Source: Octopus bimaculoides | Taxonomy: Eukaryota | Direction of reading: 5' to 3' | NCBI RefSeq assembly: GCF_001194135.2 | Contig: NC_068981.1 | Coordinates: forward strand, 188,780,987-188,844,986 | Length of the DNA stretch: 64,000 bases | In this document: one piece after another, positions 1 through 11,849 of the stretch | How positions within the stretch are numbered: position 1 is the stretch's first letter | Layout: every line of letters begins with the position of its first letter | Made by a program: the position numbers and the translations under genes | Notes under the pieces: generated by a model | The model's input: the letters and a program-made list of their open reading frames with translations, nothing else | Databases searched by the model: none | What the model was told of the DNA's origin: nothing

Positions 1-145
1 ATCTGTGTGCGTATGCATGCGTATGTATGTGTGTGTGTGTATGTATCTATCTGTATGTCTCTTTTATATTTTAATTATGTATGTGTGTGCATGTATGTAT
101 GTATGTATGTGCATGTGTGTATGTGTGTGTGTGCGTGTGTAGCAC
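1..145. repeat. Degenerate (TG)n/(TATG)n microsatellite
   Basis: Alternating tg/tatg units; explains the V/C/Y/M-rich ORF 7..192. Confidence 0.9.
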
Positions 146-1633
146 TCGAATGCATACATGTATTTAGCAGAGCAGTGCATAGAGTAATTTAGGTATTTAG
201 GGCTTCTATCACAATTCTTGTTCTACTTAGGCTGCTGCTGAAGAAATATGACAACCATTATATTCCTGATAAGCACCAGATGTGTAGAAACACAGGAGCT
301 ACAAAGTACTTCAAAGAACCGTCTTCAAATGTTATGCAAAAAAAAAAAAAATAAATAAACAAATAAAAAGTTTACAAAAAGGGTTGAAGAAAAGTGAATT
401 ATCATTTAGCCCCATGCAAAACCTGATAAAACAGCCAGAAGTGAAAGGTATTACAGCAATGGCCACCAGTCCTTTCGATTGCCCTTCCTTTATTAAAAGA
501 CAACAGGGTTTAATATGAAATAAATTTAGCTGGTGTTTCTAGTAGTCTCTGTTAACTTGTGAGTTGAGGAAGTCATTGAAAATAAGCATTGACCCCTGCT
601 TTTACAGCAGAAGTATCTATATTGGTTTGGAAGGCAAAATATAATTAATTGTGACAGGAGCAGTATTAATGCCAAAAGGTAGTATCTGTCTCCCATTTGA
701 AGTGGATGTTGTCTAAGAACACAGAATACTGAGATATTTACCATGAGAGAACCTCTCATATGGACTTGTGGTGCATATGTGCACTCATGTTTATATTGCT
801 AGGGGGAGATAATTTTCTACTGCTGCAACTGGAATTACCAGATCATGTGACTTTTGGCCTTTCTTAGCATTGTCAATGGTAGATGTCTGTGGCTAGACAT
901 AGCAGCAATTTCTCTATCAGTGATATATATATATAAAATCCAGGAGTGGACAAGGGGTGTGTGTGGCTGAGGGGGCATGCCCCCCCTCCCTTCGAAGACA
1001 AGAAGTGTACCCTTCTAAAAAATGTTATTATGTCCTTTTCTACTGAAATTGTATTCCCTTCTAACCTTGTGCCCTCCCTTTGAAAAATTCCTGGGACCAT
1101 GCCTGGAATCCCAAGGTCTATTCAGGCACTACTGTTGCAAATGACCATTAGGTTTATTAAGGAACAATAGCAACAGAATTAATAATAGTTACAGAAGGTA
1201 ATCTTGAACTTCAACTTAATGTAGAGGTTGTGTTAGAACACAGAATACGGCATTATCTACCACGAGAGAACCACCTCTCATATGGACTTGTGGTGAATAA
1301 AAAGAATGACTCTGAATTGATAAGGAAAGGTTCCTATGATAATGCCAAACGAAGGGAGCATTAGCAGGTAATGCCAAGTCTGAAAACATTCTGTTGCATT
1401 TGTGTGATAAAACATGATTGAAAGAGAATTAGTTTGTAAATTGTAAATTTCCTTAATTGGTATCCGGGATAAATGACAATTAGTATTTGGTGGTGAGCAG
1501 GTTGAATTGTTAAAGAGCTGGAGAAAATGTTTTGTTGCACTTCTACAGACTTTTTACATTCTGAGTTCAAATTTGCCTTTAAATCCACTTGAGTGTGATT
1601 TGATAGAATACGGTGCCAGTCTAGCGGGGGTCA

Positions 1634-1885
1634 GGTGGAGGCATGTGGATTAGTGGTAAGGGTGCTGGATTCATGACATTAAGATTGTGGTTTCGATTCC
1701 TGAACTGGGTGATGCATTGTATCCTTGAGCAAAATACTTCATTTCACATTGCTCCAGTACACTCAGCTGGCAAAAAGGAGTTATCCTGTGAGGGACTGGT
1801 GTCCTGTCCTGGTGGGAAATATATACGCCACTGAAACCAGGAAACCAGCCCTCATGAGCCTGGCATGGCTTGAGAAGGAAACAAG
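1634..1885 (+). mobile_element. tRNA-derived SINE, family D (old copy)
   Basis: A-box-like tggattagtgg, B-box-like gtttcgattcc, central block ccttgagcaaaatacttcatttcacattgctccagtacactcagctg shared with 55275-55617, 41530-41720 and 29995-30185. Confidence 0.7.
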
Positions 1886-2016
1886 TCAGGGGTCAGTTAA
1901 GCTTAATGGTAAAACACTCAGCTGGAATCTAGTGGAGTCATTGATATGAACTACTTCTCCTTGCCCTCAAAACTGTTGACCTTGTGCTGAAATCAGAAAT
2001 AATTTTAATTAACATC

Positions 2017-2232
2017 ATTATTATTATTCCTTTCTACTATAGGCACAAGGTTTGAAATTTTGGAGCAGGGGCTAGTCAATTACATCAATCCCAGTGCTCA
2101 GCTGGTACTTATTTGATCGACCCCAAAAGTATGAAGGGCAAAGTCAACCTTGGCAAAATTTGAACTCAGAATGTAAAGACAGACAAAATGCTGTTGAGCA
2201 TTTTATCCAGCATGCTCATGACTCTGCCTTTA
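2017..2232 (-). mobile_element. SINE family B (Meta-domain-like), tail type ii
   Basis: Reverse complement of the family B consensus seen at 46347-46797; (att)n tail at the low-coordinate end. Confidence 0.75.
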
Positions 2233-2377
2233 TTACTAAACTTTACAATTGGTTGGTATTGTATGATAGCTACAGTAATACATATACTCATTGAACCAAT
2301 ATTATAGTTTTTTCTCAAAGTTGGTATCACTTGACAGGTAAATCTAATTGGGAATTGTAATTTAGTGACAGAAAATA

Positions 2378-2644
2378 ACAGTTCTATATTTCAGAGATGA
2401 GGAATTATTTACATTATTTACAATTGACGGATATTTGTCCTCATTTTGTTTGTTGTTAACATGTTTCAGCTGATATACCCTCCAGCCTTCATCAGGTGTC
2501 TTGGGGAAATTTCGAACCTGGGTTCTCATTCCTAAGGTATTTTTCAATATTATTATTATTATTATTATTTAGGTCACTGCCTCGAATCGAACTTAGAATC
2601 TTGGGGTTAGTAGCCTGCGCTCTTAACCACTATGCCATATGCCC
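2378..2644 (-). mobile_element. tRNA-headed element with Penelope-type pseudo-LTR tail (copy 1, full head, degenerate hammerhead)
   Basis: Minus strand reads GGGCATATGGCATAGTGGTTAAGAGCGCAGGCTACTAACCCCAAGATTCTAAGTTCGATTC (A box 2627-2637, B box 2584-2592), then (TAA)n, then gaaaaataccttaggaatgagaaccc...gacacCTGATGAaggctggagggtatatcagctGAAACatgtt. Confidence 0.75.
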
Positions 2645-2645
2645 T

Positions 2646-2836
2646 TTCAATTCCAGACAGTGATCTGAATAATGATGATAATAATAATAACTTCGAAAAA
2701 TACCTGAGGAATGAGAACCCAGGTTTGAAATTTCCCCAAGACACCTGATGAAGGCTGGAGGGTATAATCAGCCGAAACGTTGTGTTAACAACAAACAAGA
2801 TGAGGACAAATATCTGTCAAATGTAAATAATGTAAA
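2646..2836 (+). mobile_element. Same element, 5'-truncated inverted copy 2
   Basis: Starts at a B-box remnant (ttcaattccagacagtgatctg), then (TAA)n and about 140 bp nearly identical to the reverse complement of 2404-2545. Confidence 0.8.
2740..2786 (+). ncRNA. Minimal type I hammerhead ribozyme (Penelope-type)
   Basis: Stem I GACAC(2740-44)/GTGTT(2782-86); core CTGATGA 2745-51 plus extra A; stem II GGCTG(2753-57)/CAGCC(2769-73); GAAAC 2774-78; loopless palindromic stem III (ACGT); predicted GUU cleavage triplet 2779-81. Confidence 0.7.
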
Positions 2837-3139
2837 AAATAACAAAATAAGGAACAGTCATAGAAAATTTAGAAAGTAATTATTGTCAGAGTTAGTCCAA
2901 AACAAATCCGAAATAAGGCATTTCCTCTCTTTTCTTTTCTTCGGTATCTTCATATAACATGTATAATAAATCATATGATAGCTTCTCCTCTATAGTAAGA
3001 CAAATATCTCTGTCCTATCATACTATCATACTCTAATCTCTTGCCTGGCACACAGCCACTTCATCCTTGGTTCCACTTCTTCTCTCAACTAAGAGGTCTT
3101 TGTCTTGCAAGTTACTAGGCAACCTGCTGGTGCAGTACT

Positions 3140-3350
3140 ACACACAAAGCACTTGTGCTGATGCCATGTAAAAGGCACTCTGTATATTCTGTAAAATGGT
3201 TGGTGTTAGGAAGGGCATCCAGCCATAGAAACCCTGCCAAAACAGACAACTGGAATCTGATGCAGCTCTCTAGCTTACCAGCTCCTGTCAAACTGTCCAA
3301 CCCATGCCAGCATGGAAGACAGATATTAAATGATGATGATGATAATGATG
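3140..3350 (+). mobile_element. SINE family C (RTE-like tail ending aaacgatgatgat)
   Basis: ggttggtgttaggaagggcatccagccatagaaa ... tccaacccatgccagcatggaagacagatattaaatgatgatgat. Confidence 0.75.
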
Positions 3351-4878
3351 TGAATTTGTTTGTCAAAATATTAGTTAATGATTTAGCATTTTCTAAAATA
3401 TTTCTCCAAAGTAATATTGAGACAGATTGCTGCATACCATCAGAACCATACCTGCTTACTTACTTACCAAGTGCAATACCACAGATGGAGAATTTGCCTT
3501 GCATTTTCTCTGCATCAGTAAAATAAATATCAGTGATATATTAATCAAGTATGTCAAATAAGTACACCAACCTTTCTTATGCATTCGGCTGTTGTCTCCT
3601 AATGATACTCAAGAAAATATTCACTGTATATCATACATTTTTAACACATATCTTTGTCTAGATATAACATGAAGGTTTGTTTTCCATCTTGCATATTTTC
3701 CATCTATTTTTATAAAGAAAGTGTATACAGTTTCAATTACTTATTATTATCAACATTGTCACCTTGCCAAAGACTAAGTCTTTAGATACACTGGTACCAC
3801 ATTCTTGGTAATGTCTTAATTCAAAACAGACTTTGCTTTAGCTTCAGGTAAACCGTGTAGACTGAAATCACAGTTTATTTTCTATTAGAATTTAGAGAGA
3901 TATTGTGAATAAAAGCTGTCAGTCATTTCAGTCAACCAATAAATGTTCAATGGAATAGATGCATTTATATTAGCCAGAGTTACCTCCCAGTCCTTGTAAC
4001 AATAATCAATTACACTGCCTTTTTATTCTCTTTTCCCTTGATAAATAATAAAAGTTTTCAACTTGATCAGTTTCATTGTTACAACAAATATTTTCACATC
4101 TTTCAAAACTTTACAACTATACATTGAAAGCAATTCACAATGTAAAACTAGATACCAAGCAACTTCAACAAATAAAAAAAAAAAATACACATACACACAA
4201 AATAAATAAATAAAAGAAGTTTAATTATTTCCAAATCTTAGTCTGAAAGATATATGATTTATTGATATTTTCAAAGATGTTTTATCATGGCTATTGGATG
4301 CTCTTGTTGTTACGCTTCATGACGATGAATGCTTTTTCCAATTATATTTCAATTAGGCCCAAAGTGCCCTTGGGATAGCCAACTACACTTTACACATCCT
4401 GTAGAAGTTAATGCTTACCATTTATATTAACAATGTTGAATGTTTAGATTTGATTGCTAGAATATACAATGATTATAAATCCTGTAGGCTTTTGTGATTA
4501 AGTAGTCCACTTGGTGGGTTTGCAGTTGTGAGTTTGAATCCCACTACATAACACATTGGGAAACTGGTTTTTTTTTTTATTATAGATTTATGCCTTTGGA
4601 ATGAAACTTGGTTGGCAGATCATCATCATCATATTTATTCTTCCATGCTTTCATGGGTCAGATTAGAGTATATTGAGGCAGGATTTCTATGGCTGGATGC
4701 CCTTTCTCTCACCAACCTCTTCTCATTTCCAAATGGGGTAATAATCTCTTAGTCTATTGAACAACAAACTGCCCAGACATGCTTTTGTGGTGGACTGCTG
4801 GTTAACAACACTCTTAGGAAGCCAGTGTTTACAAACCGGCATGCCAGAGAGAAATATGCAGTTATACACATATATATA

Positions 4879-4912
<34 letters not shown>

Positions 4913-4922
4913 NNNNNNNNNN

Positions 4923-4959
<37 letters not shown>

Positions 4960-6070
4960 TACATATATGTATCCTTGTACACATACACACATTAAAATAA
5001 ATACAGTGGGCTTCATTTTGTTTCCATTTATCAAATCCACTCACACTGCTTTGGTCAGTGCCAAACAGTGGGACTCTGTATGTAAGTGTCTTTGTGTAAA
5101 CTGGTATAAATATCTTAAAAGTATTTCTCACTAAAGGGACTTTACACTGTAAAAGTATGTTACCTCAACCATTCAACTAATGATAGTAAAATAAGTACCA
5201 GACACATCTGGCATTGATATAAAAAATATTTCATAAGCCCTTGAAGAGAGTGCTCTAGCTGGGCTACAGTTCAATAAGCTGTAAAAGAATAAAAAAGACT
5301 CATACAATATTTATATAATGTTTGTCTTGGAATATATTCCACTTGATAACTTATTTTATCGTTCTTAATCTAATGAATGGTTGTGGTAACCTAGTTTCTG
5401 AGAGTTAACTCCCTTTGGGTTGACTTCTCAGCTTGAACCTGAAACGATGAAAAGAAAAGTCAACCCCAGCAGACTTCCAATTTAAAACATAAAAACACAT
5501 AATTACACACCTCATGCTATCTTGTCAGGTGCTCAACAATTTCTGTTATTTTCTCACCCAATAAGAAATGATTTGGACTTTTGGCAAATTTTCACTTGTG
5601 ATTTAATATTTTATAAAACATTTCTCCAAAGTTATTTTGAAGCAGACAATGGCAAAGACGAGACAGTTGATAGCGATACGTTGCTTTATGATATCAGCAA
5701 TTCACTTAACAAGCAGTAACACTGCTAGAGTAGAATTTGTCTTGCATTCTTTTGGTGTCAACAAAATAACTCTTAAATTGTATTACTGTAGCATAAATAG
5801 AAAAGACAACAGTAGATTGGCAGATTAGCAGAACATTAGAGTTGTCTGATAGAATGTACTGTTATTTGTTCCAAATCTCTGTGCTCTGAGTTCAAATTTG
5901 GCTGAAGTCAACTGTGCCTTTCATCCTATCAAGGATGACAAATAAAGTAGCAACTGAGTGTTAGTGCAGCCCTCTCTCCAGATATCAAACCCTACATATA
6001 CTGCTGGATCAATCATAGGAAAGTTAAGAAGGTGTTTGTGCCATCTTGCACCCACATAGGTACCATAGAC

Positions 6071-6345
6071 CAGTGCTACTCAAAGTGGTGGTCCACAGAC
6101 CGGCACCCGTATGAGAGCCATCAGCTGCCGGTACGTTTCCAGAAAAGAAAGAAATATTATAAAATGCTTATGTAATATTGTATTATTTGTTTACAAAATA
6201 AATATATGATAAAAAAAAATTGTCAACATTTATTATATTCATTATATATATTGTTTCCAGTATAAATTAATATTACTAAGAAATATCACTGGTCACTGGC
6301 ATATTGGAAAAAAAAAATTGCCATCAGATAGTTTGAGAAGCACTG
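6071..6345. mobile_element. hAT-type MITE
   Basis: TIRs CAGTGCTACTCAAA / TTTGAGAAGCACTG; 8-bp TSD ccatagac (6063-70) / ccatagat (6346-53). Confidence 0.85.
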
Positions 6346-6894
6346 CCATAGATAATTAGTTGAAGCAATGATATACACTACTGAGTGTTTTTTCAACTGT
6401 GACAGCAGCACACAGTGATGACAAGGTGTTCACTGTGAAGCCCACCTAAAGGGGTCGCTGTATATTTTTCTGCGACTGGAGACATTTTTACAGTGTACCT
6501 GATGGGCAGTAGAGATGGTTGATACATTAATACCAATTCAATTAGGGTCAGTACTCATATTAAGAAAATCAATAAATCTATAATATTTTAAAGATATGTT
6601 GTGTTGTTTTAGTCAAGTTGACTCTGTCGCAAACATTTGGAACAGATTTCCAGCCTGAGATTAACCTCTCTCGCCAGTTTTGGAGGGGTATAAAAGAGGT
6701 CATGTAAGCTACTGCATATCCTTAGTCTTTCTTGTCCCTATCTTCCTAGATACACCTATTCATAGTAATAATGAGATGCTTCTGGCTAGAGTACCTTTAA
6801 TCATAGATTTGCTCAATTACAGCTGACCTGAACTTAAACAACAACATATCCAATTTATTATATATCTTCTACTTTCTATCTTCCTTATATACGT

Positions 6895-7165
6895 ATATAT
6901 CGTTGCTATTATGCAAAAGTATCGTAAGTCCAAAACATTGCTTTTTCAGAAAATGAGAAAATAGTCTCGCCATTCCATCGCAAAACTGTTGTACATCACT
7001 TACGACAATTTTTGATATCTTGGCATCTGAAGCAGCTGGAGATATGATAGTTTGACCAAAAGAACCAGATGTTGCACGTAAAAATAAATATTGAAAAAAA
7101 AAACAAAAAAAAACATTTGGCCAGATTTGGACATATGATGACACTTTAACATAATCAATGATATA
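6895..7165. mobile_element. About 270-bp MITE with short TIRs (second copy inverted at 20864-21126)
   Basis: Body aligns end to end with the reverse complement of 20864-21126; termini of the type atcgttgctattatgcaaaa / ttttgcataataacagcaat in TA-rich flanks. Confidence 0.65.
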
Positions 7166-7187
7166 CACATATGTATTTATATATACA

Positions 7188-7338
7188 CATCATCATCATC
7201 GTTTAACGTCCGCTTTCCATGCTAGCATGGGTTGGACGATTTGACTGAGGACTGGTGAAACCGGATGGCAACACCAGGCTCCAATCTAAATTTGGCAGAG
7301 TTTCTACAGCTGGATGCCCTTCCTAACGCCAACCACTC
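7188..7338 (-). mobile_element. SINE family C, young subfamily 3' part
   Basis: Almost identical to 63668-63818; (cat)n tail, CpGs retained. Confidence 0.85.
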
Positions 7339-7697
7339 CTATATATATACACATATATATAAATATACACACACGCACATATATATTTGGTTCACCAGTC
7401 CTCAGTCAAACCGTCCAACCCNNNNNNNNNNNNNNNNNNNNNNNNNNNNNNNNNNNNNNNNNNNNNNNNNNNNNNNNNNNNNNNNNNNNNNNNNNNNNNN
7501 NNNNNNNNNNNNNNNNNNNNNNNNNNNNNNNNNNNNNNNNNNNNNNNNNNNNNNNNNNNNNNNNNNNNNNNNNNNNNNNNNNNNNNNNNNNNNNNNNNNN
7601 NNNNNNNNNNNNNNNNNNNNNNNNNNNNNNNNNNNNNNNNNNNNNNNNNNNNNNNNNNNNNNNNNNNNNNNNNNNNNNNNNNNNNNNNNNNNNNNNN

Positions 7698-7728
<31 letters not shown>

Positions 7729-8005
7729 TTCACTCTTGTATACAGTCACCCATGCAACACAAATTACTTAAAATTCTCGTTAGTTTGCCTTATAATTCCA
7801 ATATAGAATACATTTAAGATTCACAAAACACTTTCAGATGATCATATTCCTGATATTCTTCTATAATGTTGAACTTTCTAACTTTCTGCTTTCATTAAAC
7901 TCATTTCACAAACATTTATGGAACTTATAAGAGGCTCTGTGTGTGTGTGTGTGTGTGTGCGCGCACGCACATGCATGAGTATGATGTAAAATTAAGTAGA
8001 AGAAA

Positions 8006-8125
8006 ATCTGCGAATATGCCAACACACACAAGCTTGAGACATGGCTGCCCTCATGCACTTCTCATGAGGAATTCTGGAAGGAACTTCGTGAGACCACTGC
8101 AGAGACAATTCCAAACAAAAAAAAA
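8006..8125 (+). pseudogene. Possible RTE-type LINE ORF remnant
   Basis: Open frame KKICEYANTHKLETWLPSCTSHEEFWKELRETTAETIPNKKK resembles the W..L.....E.IPKKK linker between endonuclease and RT of RTE elements; by-eye similarity only. Confidence 0.25.
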
Positions 8126-8767
8126 AATTCAGTAACTGTTGGAAAACTGATTACAGCAGTGACTCGATCAATTCCTAGTGATATCTGAAGAAGGAATTTT
8201 TATATTCCGAAATATTATATCAGACTATGATTAAATTATCACAGTTATTATAGTCCACACTGCATTGTTGTGGCATTCAAGACGTGTAATATTTTATAAA
8301 TAATAATTCATGCAAGTCCTAGTTTAACTGTGTCCTTGTCAAAATTGTAGTCATGTCATTTTCTATCAATTTCAAACTGGATTTGAAAATATTCAAGAAT
8401 AGTGATTTAATATCAGTCGTTTTAAGCCTGAGTGGTAGCATTCTCTTGGAGCATTGTGAGCCCATAGAGGGCCCAGCAATTGTCAAGGGGCTATTGAAAG
8501 TTTAAAGGGGTTATGATGTTTTTAGAAATAAAATATTTAAACCAAGTACAATACTTATATTTTAAACACATCTTCAAATAATAATAATAATAATAATAAT
8601 AATAGCAACAATGGTTTCTAAAATAGGCACAAGGCCTGAAATTTTAGGAATGAGGTTAGTCGATCATATGTACTTCAATCAAAAAATATATGGTTTTGAA
8701 AGGATGTTATTTATTAAAATCAAAGCAAAAGATGTGTTTTGTATTACTGCATCAACTTTATTTCATT

Positions 8768-9185
8768 TGTGGCTGTATGTGGTAAGAAGTTTTGCTTCCT
8801 AACCACATGGTTCTGGGTTCAGTCCCACTGCATGGCACTTTGGGTGAGTGTCTTCAACTAAAGCCTCAGGCTGACCAAAACCTTGTGAGTGGATTTGGTA
8901 AACAGAAACTGAAAGAAACCTGTCATGTGCATATGTTTGTGTGTGTATGTATGTATGTATGTATATATATGTGTGTGTGTGTGTGTTTGTCCCCCACTAC
9001 CACTTGACAACTAGTGTTAGTACATTTATGTTCACTAACTTAGTAGTTTGGCAAAAGAGATTAATAGAATAAGTACCAGATTTTTTTTTTAAATGTGCTG
9101 AGGTTGATGCATTTGACTAAATATTCTTCAAGGCAGTGCCCCAGCATGGCCACAGTTAAATAACTGAAACAAGTAACAGATAAAA
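8768..9185 (+). mobile_element. SINE family A (CORE-like tRNA SINE with internal TA/TG microsatellite)
   Basis: Head gtggctgtatgtggtaagaag...ggttcagtcccac, core ctttgggtgagtgtcttc, tail cagcatggccacagttaaataactgaaacaagtaa. Confidence 0.8.
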
Positions 9186-9586
9186 GGTGGAGTACTTAAT
9201 ATGGGTAATGTATCACTGCACAAAATTACCTCTTAATTGTTTGGAATTAATTAATCTCTTTATTTTGCACACAACACGAGGTGGTATGTAAAATGACAAC
9301 TCAGTAAAAGGGAGCACCGAACTACAAAAGGTTGTGAACTATTGTTCTGCACTTATTAATTATGAAGGTTTTTTTTTTGTTTTGTTTTCCTGAGTCTCAA
9401 TTCTCTAATGTTAAAAAAAAAAAAACCCACAAAAGATTCAAAAACCAAGATGAATCTGTAACTTATGAAGTTGTAGCAATGACACTATTTTGTGTGAGAT
9501 CTGTTTTGAGATGAAACAGCTGCAGACTACATTATACAATTCATGAGATATATATAACTTCTGTTTGTTTACTTATGGTTTTTCAG

Positions 9587-9604
9587 CTGCAAATATGACT
9601 TCCT
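9587..9604 (+). CDS. Candidate 18-nt symmetric microexon (xANMTSx, phase 1-1)
   Basis: tttgtttacttatggtttttcag|CTGCAAATATGACTTCCT|gtaact; good acceptor, moderate donor. Confidence 0.2.
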
Positions 9605-10050
9605 GTAACTCTCTATGCTGATGGCTTGGCTTTTTTTTTTTCTTCTTCTATACTACACATGAATGACCAAATGTTGCTAGATTCAGTGACCATGAAAAGA
9701 TATTTATTACAAAAAGCCAGTCATATTTCTATATAATAGCATTCAGGTATCACTGCATAGCAGCAGTATAATCAACCAATAGTTTATATAGTTATACACA
9801 CACACATACCGGTATCATATTGTATATCAAAAAGGTATATCACAGGTGTATTCTGAGAGACTGACACCCATTCTAACTCCCTGAAGATTGTAAAGGTGTA
9901 TTTTAGGGTGTTCATTTTTTGTAGCTTGAAAATAACTGATTGTTTAGCCCAAGGTCAGTCCTGACTCAGCCTGCATATGATCATAAGTGCTCCAGGTGGG
10001 AATCTCTCTTCTTTTCATCAGACAGTTTATCTAGGACTATATCGTCCACT

Positions 10051-10253
10051 CGCAATGGCCCAGTGGTTAGGGCAGCGGACTCGCGGTCGGAGGATCGCAG
10101 TTTCGATTCCCAGACTGGGCGTTGTGTGTGTTTATTGAGCGAAAACTCCTAAAGCTCCACGAGGCGTCCCATCCAGCTGGTGGGGGGGGACACATATGCC
10201 AAAGAAACCGGGCCCATGAGCCTGGCTAGGCTTTAAAAGGGCGCATGAATAAA
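10051..10253 (+). mobile_element. Young tRNA-derived SINE with TSD
   Basis: A box tggcccagtgg, B box gtttcgattcc, CpG-rich; 12-bp TSD atatcgtccact at 10039-10050 and 10254-10265; head shared with 61703-61772. Confidence 0.9.
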
Positions 10254-10269
10254 ATATCGTCCACTATAT

Positions 10270-10470
10270 TGTTCAATGAGGGAATCTCAGCCTGCTAGAA
10301 ATAGCAGTCAGTATCCTTCAAATTACATTATATCATCTTAGTAGAAGACATGTAAGATAAGGAAGTAGTGGATGCACTGTGTCTGAAGAAAATACAGGAT
10401 GGCCACAATTAGAATGGCTTTGATTATAGGTTTAATCAATGAGACCTGATCTGAGGATAAGCAACAACTT
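10270..10470 (+). mobile_element. Older repeat family E with (aac)n tail
   Basis: gcctgctagaaatagcagtca...gacctgatctgaggataagcaacaac; related pieces at 9930-10035 (-), about 16940, about 24180 and 50700-50940 (-). Confidence 0.55.
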
Positions 10471-10491
10471 TTATCGGCCAATATAAAGCAG

Positions 10492-10725
10492 AGGGCAGTG
10501 AGCTGGCAGAAGCGTTAGCACGCCGGGCGAAATGCTTAGCGGTATTTCATCTGCCGTTACGTTCTGAGCTCAAAATCCACCGAGGTCGACTTTGCCTTTC
10601 ATCCTTTCGGGTCAATTAAATAAGTACCAGTTATGCACTGGGGGTTGATGTAATCGACTTAATCCCTTTGTCTGTCCTTGTTTGTCCCCTCTATGTCTAG
10701 CCATCTGTGGGCAATAAAGAAATAG
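10492..10725 (+). mobile_element. SINE family B, tail type i, with TSD
   Basis: gagctggcagaagcgttagcacgccgggcg...gactttgcctttcatcctttcgggtc...aagtaccag; 11-bp TSD atataaagcag at 10481-91 and 10726-36. Confidence 0.9.
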
Positions 10726-10999
10726 ATATAAAGCAGCAGTTGATGGGCAGAAGAGTTATTGTTCGATAAAATATTTTTTTTTTTGGACCTTTAGTTTCTG
10801 AGTTCAAATCTAGCCAAGGCCAGTTTTGCTTTATATCTTTTCAGAGTTGATAAAATGAGGGACCAGTCAACTCTTGAGTTGATTTAATCGACAGAACCCA
10901 AACCCCAAACCCCAAATTTTCAGGCTTTCTGCCCCTGAAAGAAGATATCCCTATTAAGCTAAATTGATGGTGGACATATCTCTTCTGTTATTTTTCTTC

Positions 11000-11385
11000 T
11001 ACTTGCTTCAGTCATTAGACTGTGGCCATGCTGGGGCAGCACCTTGAAGAATTTTTAGTCAAATGAATTGATACCAGTACCTTTTTGTTTCTTTGTTTAA
11101 GCCTGGTACTTATTCTATCAGTCTCTTTTGCTTGACCACTAAGTTACAGGGACATAAACACACCAACACCAGTTGTCAAGTGGTGGTGGTGGTGGTGGAT
11201 ACAATGAAACACACACACACACATATATATATGATGAGCTTCTTTCAGTTTCTGTCTACTATATCTACTCACAAGGTTTTTCTCTGCCTGAGATAATATC
11301 AGAAGAGATGTGACCAAGGTGCCATGCAGTGGGACTGAACCTGAAACTATGGGGTTGAGAAGCAGCCTTTTTACCATGCAGCCAC
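11000..11385 (-). mobile_element. SINE family A
   Basis: Reverse complement of the family A consensus with internal (ca)n/(ta)n. Confidence 0.8.
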
Positions 11386-11538
11386 CTTCAAGTTCTTAAC
11401 ATTTCAGTGAGAGCAATATCATTCAGTGTCAGTCCCTAAGGATGCTGAATCTATTATCAGAAACACAAAGATAACATTTAACACTGTCATATATGAAAGC
11501 AGCTGCTACAAGTAATTTAATTAACTACCATACTGTCC

Positions 11539-11645
11539 TTAATTTATTATTGGTGCTTCAAATATGAGCAGAAAATTGATATTGCTGTAAACGTGCTTTA
11601 TCTCTCCATCATAAATCTGAACTCCACTTTTAATAATTGCCACAC
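11539..11645 (-). CDS. Candidate terminal exon (G)VAIIKSGVQIYDGEIKHVYSNINFLLIFEAPIIN*
   Basis: Branch-like ctaac directly before tttcag|GTGTG; phase-1 frame open for 34 codons. Confidence 0.2.
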
Positions 11646-11849
11646 CTGAAAGTTAGCTATTATAAAACAATCTCATTACCTGAACATAAAAATCTGTCAA
11701 AATATTTTTGTTACCAATAAAGAGTGTAGTTTAATAATAGTTCATACACCAATCACAGATGTTACTATAAAGTTATTACTATGATAGTATTGTGAAGATA
11801 TTTTAGTGCATATTTCCATGGAATCCTCTTTAGAACTGTCATACTATAC

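Noticed and set aside
231-357. Acceptor ttcttgttctacttag followed by a 40-codon open frame (LLLKKYDNHYIPDKHQ...)
   Set aside because: No convincing donor; the frame ends in a poly-A run; no recognisable homology.
2572-2644. tRNA gene (also the heads at 10051, 55560-55617 and 61703)
   Set aside because: A and B boxes are present but acceptor stems do not pair and each continues into repeat body; these are SINE heads, not tRNA genes.
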